In this document: positions 57,054-64,000 of the stretch, in pieces
Layout: each line of letters opens with the position of its first letter
Position numbering within the stretch: position 1 is the stretch's first letter
NCBI GenBank assembly: GCA_035293405.1
Contig: DATDOE010000090.1
Span: 138,282 to 202,281, forward strand
Length of the DNA stretch: 64,000 bases
Direction of reading: 5' to 3'
Source of the DNA: Vicinamibacterales bacterium
Lineage (GTDB): Bacteria > Acidobacteriota > Vicinamibacteria > Vicinamibacterales > UBA2999
Program-made: the position numbers and the translations under genes
The notes under the pieces: model-generated
Seen by the model: only the letters and a program-made list of their open reading frames with translations
Told to the model about the DNA's origin: nothing
Database searches by the model: none

Positions 57054-57668
57054 AGACGTCGAGATGCGGCGCTCGATGCGGCGATCGGGGATCAGCCACC
57101 AGAGGGCCACGGCAATGTAGAGGCCAACCCCCAGCCAACGGTTGACGAAGGACAGTGCGATCGCGACGGCGTAGATCGCGACCGACATCTTGCCCTTGAC
57201 GTCCCGCCCGACCGCCTCGTGCAGGGTCGAGTCGGATCCGTGGTGGCGGATCAGCGCGCGCACGAGGATGAAGTACGCAATGCCGGACATCATCATCACG
57301 AACCCGTAGAGCGCCACCGGCCACCGGTCGAAGTGATTCTCGCCCATCCATGCGGTCACCAACGGCACGAGCGAGAGCCAGAACAAGAGGTGCAAGTTGC
57401 TCCACAGGATGGCGCCGTTGACTTGCTTCACGGCGTGCAGCATGTGGTGGTGATTGTTCCAGTAGATGCCGACGTGCACGAAGCTCAGGACGTAGCTGCC
57501 GAAGACGGGCATCAGCGGGCGCAACGCCTCGAAGTCCGTGCCGTGAGGGGCCCGCATCTCGAGCACCATGATGGTGATGATGATGGCGATGACCCCGTCG
57601 CTGAACGCTTCGAACGACCCGAACGTTTCGAACGATCCGAACGACCCGAACGACCCGAACGATCTCAG
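57051..57668 (-). CDS. TMEM175/DUF1211-family potassium channel-like protein (start codon unresolved)
   Basis: The track ORF starts at MVLEM (57569). The hallmark FEAFSDGVIAIIITIMVLE continues upstream in frame with no ATG/GTG/TTG before the in-frame stop at 57834. A CTG at 57666-57668 overlaps the upstream gene stop (CTGA). Confidence 0.6.
   Translation of the reverse strand: MRSFGSFGSFGSFETFGSFEAFSDGVIAIIITIMVLEMRAPHGTDFEALRPLMPVFGSYVLSFVHVGIYWNNHHHMLHAVKQVNGAILWSNLHLLFWLSLVPLVTAWMGENHFDRWPVALYGFVMMMSGIAYFILVRALIRHHGSDSTLHEAVGRDVKGKMSVAIYAVAIALSFVNRWLGVGLYIAVALWWLIPDRRIERRISTS
57603..57665. repeat. Nonamer array (GAACGACCC-type x7) forming the 5' end of the TMEM175-like gene
   Basis: GAACGCTTC GAACGACCC GAACGTTTC GAACGATCC GAACGACCC GAACGACCC GAACGATCT. 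It encodes (SFG)n on the minus strand. Confidence 0.9.
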
Positions 57669-60448
57669 GACTCCAAATACTCCGATAGCGTCATCCGAAC
57701 GAAGCCCGCAGGCGGCTCGTCGCCGATGGCCATGCGCGCCGACTCGTGGACGATCACATCCTGGAACGTGACCGGCTTCGCCCGCGCCCAGTCCAGCTCG
57801 AAGGTTTCCGCGTAGTACTGCGAGATCTCGACGTCATCGAAGATCAGGCTCGCGTCGCGGTTCAGGGTCACACCCGACGAGCTCCAGTTGTGGCTGCCGA
57901 TCAGCACGCGGCGGCCGTCAACGACGATGCCCTTGGTGTGCGTGTTCGGCAACAGCCGCACGGTCTGGTGGACATCCATCCCGAGCCGCTTCAGCTGCGA
58001 CAAATGGAAGTCCTTGCCGTCGAGCGGCGAGCGCAGAATGATGCGACAGTCCGCGATCGTCTTCGACCGGTCGACAAGAGCGGCCACCAGCTTCTTGAGG
58101 AAGCCCGCCTCCGCTCCTTTCATGTTGATGTACTGGTTCTGAAACAGGAGCTGGGTGGTCGCCGAGCGAATCAGCTGCAGCACGGCGTTGCTGTACACAG
58201 CACCCTGCTTGTCTGGCGTCAGCAACGGCTTGACGCGTACCTTCCGCGTGATCGTCTTCGGCAGCATCACGTGCGCGGGCGGCCCTTCGGCCACCACCGC
58301 CTCCAGGACGGTCACGGGCACGTCGACGAGCGGTGGATTCTCCACCGCCTCCGGCGTCCCGCCAAGCGTCATCGCCTGCTCGAAGTCCGCCTCGATGTGG
58401 TTGCGGAACCGATCGGCCAGCGTCTTGTTGGCGATCACCACATGCCACTCACGGTTCCCGGCCTTGGAGGTCTTCGAAGGATTGTCGAGGTCGGCCGGCG
58501 CGATGAGTGGCTGACTCGTCTTGGTCCAGTTTCCGCTCGACAGCCAGACCACCGCATCCTTTCCTTCATCGCGAACCGTGACCTTGATGTGGTACGCGTT
58601 GGCGACCAGCCCGTTGGCGCCGTAGGGCACGAAGATGCGATCGAAGTGGTCGCCGAAATCGGATTCCCACTGATCGAAGGTCAGGCTGCGATCGAACTCC
58701 CCCGCCGGTATCGTGCCGCTCGAGGGGTCCTTGCTCTGCGGTGCGAGCACCATCTTCAGTGACGCCTGACCCTCGAGCTCGGCCTGCATCGCTTTCGCGA
58801 TGTGCGCCGCCTGGAACTCGTACATCGAGGTCACCAGCCGCTTCTTCGTTCCGGCCAGGAAGTCGGCGAGAACGGTCCAGCTGCGCTCGGGCCCGATGTG
58901 GAGGTTCAGCTCCATCATCTCGTTGACCCAGTTGAAGCTGAATCCATGCCCGGTCCGATCCTCATCGTTGTACGAAATCGACGTCGTCGCTTCAGTCGTC
59001 AACTCGGGCGCGCTCACCATCAGCTGCTCTTCCAGTGATGCCGGCCGGACATCGACAGGAAGGCCGCGGAACTCGCGCGGCATGCGCACCTGCACCTCCG
59101 CGAAGCGATCCGGGTGCGCGGAGACGACAATGCACTCGTCGTCGCTCAACTGCTCGTCACGAATGAGATAGCCCGCCCAGGCATCGAGCACGCCGTTGCC
59201 TCGCTGCTCCTGCCGCAACGCGTCAGCCGCCGCTTCCGCATCGGAACGCGGCGCATCCGTCTCGGCTCCTCCGGTCTGCTGCGGCTGGCCAAGCGACACG
59301 TGGACGAGGAGAGGGATCGTGATGGAGATGGTGCCGTCGTCAGTCGTTAGCGACGCGTGGGCGACCGTCGTTTTCTTGTCTTCCGGCGCTTCTGGAGGCG
59401 CGGGGCGTGGACGCGGAACGGGCGACGGCGTCCCCCCGTGCCACGGCCGGGTCTTCAGATACTGCCGCATCATCGAGGCAGGGACCGCGTAGTTCTCGAC
59501 CATGTAGAGACCCGCGAAGTGCAGCGCGACCGCGCGTCCCGTCTTCATGTCCAGCACCACCGACCCGGAGTTGCCGCCGAGCGTCGTGCAGTCGTGCGTG
59601 GCCCAGCCGCGGCTCGCTTTGCCGACGAGGCCGGGTGCGATGCGTTTGATGTCGTAGGTGCCGTTGTAGATCCGATCCATCCACGCCTGATCGGGAATGA
59701 TGTGGGCCGGCGCTCGTGCCGGGTAGCCGACGACCGCAACGTGCGTGTTCTCGGCAACGTCCGCGTCAGCCAGCGGAATGAACGGCGGCCGGCCCTCCAC
59801 GACGCTTCCGCTGCCGATCTGCAGAAACGCGATGTCGGCTTTCCTGGCCTCCGATTCAATCCACAGCACGCGGCGGACGGGCACTGACGCCGCCTCGGTC
59901 ACGCCGAGCTCATGGCGTGAGTCGAGCGACACGACCATGTCATCGCCAAACCGTCCCGGACGGAAACGATAATGCGCGCCGTCCCGCTGCGCGATGAGAT
60001 CCGCCACATGCCGGTTCGTGACGACGATGTCGCGATCGACGAGCCAGCCGGTGCCCACGTAGGTCGCGTTGCCCGGGAAGTTGGCGACATCGATGCGACC
60101 GACAAGAGGGATGACCGACCCGAGAAGGCCCGCCGCGCCCTTCAATCGCGCGACGATCTGCTTGGCCGACGCTTCGATCAGCGCATCCTGGTAGACGATC
60201 TGACGGTCCTTGATGAGAAACGCCGGACGGCCTTCGCGAACGATGGTCTCGAAGGCGATGTCGTCGGCCTCGATGCCGCGCAGGCCCGAGGCCGCGGCTT
60301 CGAGCCTGAACGCATTGCCCGGAGACGAGACCAGATTGTCGAACCGCGCCGACAGCTCGCGGTGCAGATCCGGGTCGTTGTGCTCCAGCGCCTGCAACCA
60401 GTTGCGGTAGAGGCTCCGGTCGCTCCCGGACGTCATGTGTGGCGACAT
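57665..60448 (-). CDS. Fusion protein: trypsin-like (S1) serine protease + linker/middle domain + two-HKD phospholipase D-family domain
   Basis: Protease triad contexts are VVTNRHV, DIAFLQI and GGNSGSVV. A Pro-rich linker and a middle region follow. HKD motifs are HIKVTVRD...SSGNW and HTKGIVVDGRRVLIGSHNWS. There is no signal peptide. Confidence 0.8.
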   Translation of the reverse strand: MSPHMTSGSDRSLYRNWLQALEHNDPDLHRELSARFDNLVSSPGNAFRLEAAASGLRGIEADDIAFETIVREGRPAFLIKDRQIVYQDALIEASAKQIVARLKGAAGLLGSVIPLVGRIDVANFPGNATYVGTGWLVDRDIVVTNRHVADLIAQRDGAHYRFRPGRFGDDMVVSLDSRHELGVTEAASVPVRRVLWIESEARKADIAFLQIGSGSVVEGRPPFIPLADADVAENTHVAVVGYPARAPAHIIPDQAWMDRIYNGTYDIKRIAPGLVGKASRGWATHDCTTLGGNSGSVVLDMKTGRAVALHFAGLYMVENYAVPASMMRQYLKTRPWHGGTPSPVPRPRPAPPEAPEDKKTTVAHASLTTDDGTISITIPLLVHVSLGQPQQTGGAETDAPRSDAEAAADALRQEQRGNGVLDAWAGYLIRDEQLSDDECIVVSAHPDRFAEVQVRMPREFRGLPVDVRPASLEEQLMVSAPELTTEATTSISYNDEDRTGHGFSFNWVNEMMELNLHIGPERSWTVLADFLAGTKKRLVTSMYEFQAAHIAKAMQAELEGQASLKMVLAPQSKDPSSGTIPAGEFDRSLTFDQWESDFGDHFDRIFVPYGANGLVANAYHIKVTVRDEGKDAVVWLSSGNWTKTSQPLIAPADLDNPSKTSKAGNREWHVVIANKTLADRFRNHIEADFEQAMTLGGTPEAVENPPLVDVPVTVLEAVVAEGPPAHVMLPKTITRKVRVKPLLTPDKQGAVYSNAVLQLIRSATTQLLFQNQYINMKGAEAGFLKKLVAALVDRSKTIADCRIILRSPLDGKDFHLSQLKRLGMDVHQTVRLLPNTHTKGIVVDGRRVLIGSHNWSSSGVTLNRDASLIFDDVEISQYYAETFELDWARAKPVTFQDVIVHESARMAIGDEPPAGFVRMTLSEYLES

Positions 60449-60784
60449 CCTGCACTCCTTCAGTGAACCGAGCCTGCTCAGGATCTTCGCGCGAGAAGGT
60501 CCCCCTCCGCCGAAGGCTTCGGCGGGACAGGCCTACGCAAACCATTAACGCTGGGGCCAGACCATTCGAACACAGACTTGCCTGCCGCTTCACGGCAGGA
60601 AGCGATTCTTCACGATCACTCTCAACTCGAAATCACTACCGGTTTTGATCAGAACTCTTTATCAGAGTGGAACACGGCTTTCTCAAAGTGGAACACGCCC
60701 AGGAGCTGCCCCCCGGATTTGCGCCGAGAGTGAACAGTCTTCGATGGCAATCCGCTTGCTCCGTCGGTCGGGTCCAGGTGTCGT

Positions 60785-62368
60785 GTGTCTTATCTAACTA
60801 TTGAAGACCTCATCGTCCGTCACGCGTCCGGCCGCGGCACCCAGCCAGTGGTCGACGGGTTGACGTTCGCCGTCGAGGCCGGCGAAATCGTGGGCGTATC
60901 GGGGCCTTCGGGATCCGGCAAGACGACGGTGGCTCGCGCGCTGCTCGGGCTGCTGCCGGCGAGCGCGGACGTATCGGGCGTGATCCGCTTTCGCGGCCGC
61001 GATCTGCGCGGCCTGAAAGAGCGCGAGCTGGAGACCATCCGCGGCGCCGAGATCGGCATCGTGTTCCAGGAGTCGGCGCTCGCTCTGAACCCCGTCTTGA
61101 CGGTCGGCGCACAGATTGCGGAAGTCGTTCACGCACACACCCGCTGCGATCGAGTCACCGCGCGTGAGCGCGCGCTGGCCACGATGGCCGATGTGGGGTT
61201 CGGCGACTACAACCGCCGCATCTACGACGCCTACCCGCACGAGCTGAGTGGCGGACAGCGTCAGCGTGTGCTCATCGCGCAAGCGATTGTGTGTCAGCCA
61301 ACACTGGTGGTCGCAGACGAGCCCACTGCGTCCCTCGATGCCAGTGCGCGCGCCGAGGTGCTGCGCCTCATTCGCCGGATCAATGAGCGTCAGGGCACGG
61401 CGTTTCTGTTGATCAGCCACAGCGCCGAGGTCCTCGCCACGACGGCCCATCGCGTCATCACCATGGACCATGGACGGTTGACCACCAGCGCTCGCGCGTT
61501 GCGTGAGCCGGCCGGCCCACGCTTCGACATCGTCCCGGCATTCAGCCGACCCGCGAACGCGCCGAATGCGTCGCCGATCGCGGAGATGGCCAGCGGCACC
61601 AAGACACACCGGCAACAGCGCCTGCTGTCACGAGCGCGTCACGACGTCGCGGCGCTGGCCGGTGTCGATCTGCGGATCGAACGCGGCAGCACCCTGGGGC
61701 TGGCCGGAGAGTCCGGGTGTGGGAAGTCCACCCTCGCCCGATGTCTCGCCGGCCTCGAGCCGCTCGATGCTGGCGAGGTTCGTATCGACGGCGTGGATAT
61801 CTCCTCGCTTCGGGGACGCGCGCTGCTCCCCTATCGCAATCAAGTGCAGCTGATCTTCCAGGACTCGGCGGCGGCGCTGAACCCCCGGTTCACCGCGCTC
61901 GACATCATCACCGAGCCGATGGTCGTGCAACGGGTTGCCAATCCCACCGAGCGCGTCCTGCGCGCGGTCGATCTCATGCTGCAGGTGGGCCTGCCGGCCG
62001 ATCGTCTGCAGTCGCGGTCGGGCGAGTTCAGCGGCGGTGAGCGGCAGCGGCTCGCGATTGCGCGCGCGCTGGCGATGAAGCCGCGGCTGCTCATCCTCGA
62101 CGAAGCGTTCTCGGGGCTCGACGTCGAGACCCGCACGCGCATCACAAGCCTGCTGATCAACCTTCAGGAGACGCACGACCTCACGTATCTCTGCATCTCG
62201 CACGACCTCGAGCTGCTCGGCGAGTTCGCGTCCGAGGTGGCGGTGATGCAGGGCGGCCGGATCGTCGAACGCGGCGAGACCGGCGAAGTGATCGACGAGC
62301 CCAGGCACGCACACACGCGCGCGCTCCTGAGCGCGATGCGCAGCCAGTCAGAAGGCGCCGCGGCATGA
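60785..62368 (+). CDS. ABC transporter ATP-binding protein with two fused ATPase domains (Dpp/Opp/Nik type)
   Basis: It has two Walker A motifs (GPSGSGKTT, GESGCGKST) and two signature motifs (LSGGQRQR, FSGGERQR). Confidence 0.9.
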   Translation: MSYLTIEDLIVRHASGRGTQPVVDGLTFAVEAGEIVGVSGPSGSGKTTVARALLGLLPASADVSGVIRFRGRDLRGLKERELETIRGAEIGIVFQESALALNPVLTVGAQIAEVVHAHTRCDRVTARERALATMADVGFGDYNRRIYDAYPHELSGGQRQRVLIAQAIVCQPTLVVADEPTASLDASARAEVLRLIRRINERQGTAFLLISHSAEVLATTAHRVITMDHGRLTTSARALREPAGPRFDIVPAFSRPANAPNASPIAEMASGTKTHRQQRLLSRARHDVAALAGVDLRIERGSTLGLAGESGCGKSTLARCLAGLEPLDAGEVRIDGVDISSLRGRALLPYRNQVQLIFQDSAAALNPRFTALDIITEPMVVQRVANPTERVLRAVDLMLQVGLPADRLQSRSGEFSGGERQRLAIARALAMKPRLLILDEAFSGLDVETRTRITSLLINLQETHDLTYLCISHDLELLGEFASEVAVMQGGRIVERGETGEVIDEPRHAHTRALLSAMRSQSEGAAA

Positions 62369-63324
62369 GATACGCCCTGCGGCGCGTCGCACACGGCGTG
62401 GGCCTTGCGCTCGCGGTGTCACTCCTGACGTTCACGATACTGGAGCTGGCGCCAGGAGAGTTCTTCGACGACCTGAAGATGGACGCGAGCGTCACGGCAG
62501 GTACGGTTGAAGCATTGCGCCAGGAGCACGGGCTGACGCAGTCGCCGGCCACGCGGTATCTGCGGTGGCTCGGGTCCGTGATGCAGGGAGACTTCGGTGT
62601 CTCGCTCGCCCATCGAACGCCAGTGGCGCCGCTGCTGTGGGAACGGGCGCGAAACACGCTCGCGCTGACGGTTCCGGCGATGTTCATCACCTGGCTCGTC
62701 GCCCTGCCGCTCGGACTGTGGGCGGCCCGGCATCGGGGACGCCTGCTGGATCGACTGTGCGACGGCGCCACCTCCACGCTCTTGGCGCTGCCAGACCTGC
62801 TGATCGCGCTGATGCTGCTCCTGCTCGCGCTGCGAACGGGCCTCTTTCCCACTGGCGGGATGTTCTCGCCCGGTTCGAGTGACGCCGGCCTCACGGCGCG
62901 ACTCCTGGATTTCGCCTCGCACGCGTGTCTCCCGCTCTTCGCGCTCATCGTCAGCACCCTGCCGGCGGTGTTGCGGCACGTGCGAGCGAGCGCGATTGAA
63001 GCCGCCGACTCGCCGACCGTTCATGCGGCGCGCGGTCACGGCATCGGCAGGTGGCGGCTCAACCTGCGGTACATCCTGCCGATGGCCGCCAATCCGCTGG
63101 TCTCGCTGGCCGGCCTGTCGATCGCTGCGCTGCTCAGTGCATCGCTCCTGGTCGAAGTCGTCATGAGCTGGCCGGGGCTGGGGCCGCTGCTCGTCGAGGC
63201 CCTTCTTGCGAGAGACGTGCACGTGGTGCTTGGCGCATCGATGCTGGCCACCCTGTTCCTGGTGACCGGCAACCTGCTCGCGGACCTGACGCTCTTCGCC
63301 ATCGATCCGAGGATCCGGGCATGA
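62365..63324 (+). CDS. ABC transporter permease (DppB/OppB-like)
   Basis: ATGA overlap with the ATPase gene. It has six TM helices and a BPD_transp_1-like core. Confidence 0.9.
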   Translation: MRYALRRVAHGVGLALAVSLLTFTILELAPGEFFDDLKMDASVTAGTVEALRQEHGLTQSPATRYLRWLGSVMQGDFGVSLAHRTPVAPLLWERARNTLALTVPAMFITWLVALPLGLWAARHRGRLLDRLCDGATSTLLALPDLLIALMLLLLALRTGLFPTGGMFSPGSSDAGLTARLLDFASHACLPLFALIVSTLPAVLRHVRASAIEAADSPTVHAARGHGIGRWRLNLRYILPMAANPLVSLAGLSIAALLSASLLVEVVMSWPGLGPLLVEALLARDVHVVLGASMLATLFLVTGNLLADLTLFAIDPRIRA

Positions 63325-64000
63325 GGCTCGCCACATGCCTCGCCGGCGCGCTCATTGCGCTGCACCTGCTCGTGGCCTTCGCCGGATTTGTCGCGCCGTA
63401 TGACCCGGTGGCGCAAGTGCGCTCGGTGCCGTTCGCGCCGCCGACGGGCGTGCACTTCCGGGATGCCAGCGGTGAGTTCCATCTTCAGCCCTTCGTGTAC
63501 GCGCAGGTACCGGCGGCTGACAGCTACGACACATATGTGGACGACACGTCGCAGCGCTATCCGCTGCGGCTGATGGTGGCGGGCAACCCCTACACCGTCG
63601 TCCCGGGCATCGAGAGCCGCCTGCACCTGATCGGGGTTGACGGGCCCGGGCGGATATCGCTCCTCGGCACCGATGGCTTTGGCCGCGACGTCTTCTCCCG
63701 GCTCCTCTACGGCGGCCGCGTGTCGGTAGCTGCCGGCCTGCTCGCCGCCGCGTGCGCGCTGTTCCTCGGCCTCACCCTTGGAACGCTGGCCGGGTTCTGC
63801 GGAGGTGTCGTCGATCGTGGCCTCATGCGCGTGGCCGACGTGTTCATGGCGGTGCCGTGGCTGTACCTGCTCTTCGCGGTGCGCGCTGCGCTGCCGCTCC
63901 ACATCGACACGCGCGCCACGTTCCTCGTCCTCGTCTCGGTACTCGGAGTCGTGGGCTGGGCGCGGCCAGCCCGGGTGATTCGCGGCATCGTGCTGAGCGC
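63321..64000 (+). CDS. ABC transporter permease (DppC/OppC-like), 3' end beyond the window
   Basis: My translation from ATG 63321 (ATGA overlap) reads MRLATCLAGALIALHLLVAFAGFVAPYDP...LLGTDGFGRDVFSRLLYGGR. It is not in the track because it runs off the edge. Confidence 0.85.
   Translation, partial: MRLATCLAGALIALHLLVAFAGFVAPYDPVAQVRSVPFAPPTGVHFRDASGEFHLQPFVYAQVPAADSYDTYVDDTSQRYPLRLMVAGNPYTVVPGIESRLHLIGVDGPGRISLLGTDGFGRDVFSRLLYGGRVSVAAGLLAAACALFLGLTLGTLAGFCGGVVDRGLMRVADVFMAVPWLYLLFAVRAALPLHIDTRATFLVLVSVLGVVGWARPARVIRGIVLS

Overview
High-GC (about 65-70% by eye) bacterial chromosomal segment with dense coding on both strands. Gene content suggests Acidobacteriota: a CarboxypepD_reg-type TonB-dependent receptor, a VWFA-related protein with the typical acidobacterial N-terminus, and a planctomycete-type cytochrome c fusion. 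This placement is inference only. I support about 58 protein genes, one tRNA-Thr(CGU) and one pseudogene. I see no rRNA, CRISPR array, transposase or integrase. Housekeeping and repair genes include uvrC, uvrA, ku, tdk, efp, hsp20, htrA, mscS, a leuA-like gene, leuCD, a 3-methyladenine glycosylase, an AlkD-like gene, rsmE, a Kef-type antiporter and two CDP-alcohol phosphatidyltransferases. The most interesting content is as follows. (1) A tightly packed six-gene minus-strand operon (38685-48616) encodes a small lipocalin-like protein, a large di-haem c-type cytochrome, a catalase-related haem protein, a membrane protein with an internally duplicated H[VF]AR[FW] motif, a long DyP-type peroxidase and a patatin phospholipase with a large transmembrane insertion; I interpret it as a candidate lipid-oxidation/oxylipin system. 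(2) A cytosolic trypsin-like protease fused to a two-HKD phospholipase D (57665-60448) sits directly upstream of a TMEM175-type channel gene. (3) A family of short tandem 7-nt and 9-nt repeat arrays occurs at 11 or more loci, often in inverted pairs, and lies in frame inside both uvrA and uvrC. (4) An exact 110-bp duplication of the uvrC 3' end brackets a 9.1-kb TetR-associated uptake/oxidation cluster. (5) Divergent sigma-54 promoters lie next to an NtrC-type activator and drive a cytochrome c' gene and a tonB operon carrying two small Cys-rich paralogues. Many long Arg/Pro-rich ORFs in the supplied track are antisense shadows typical of high-GC DNA and were not called.
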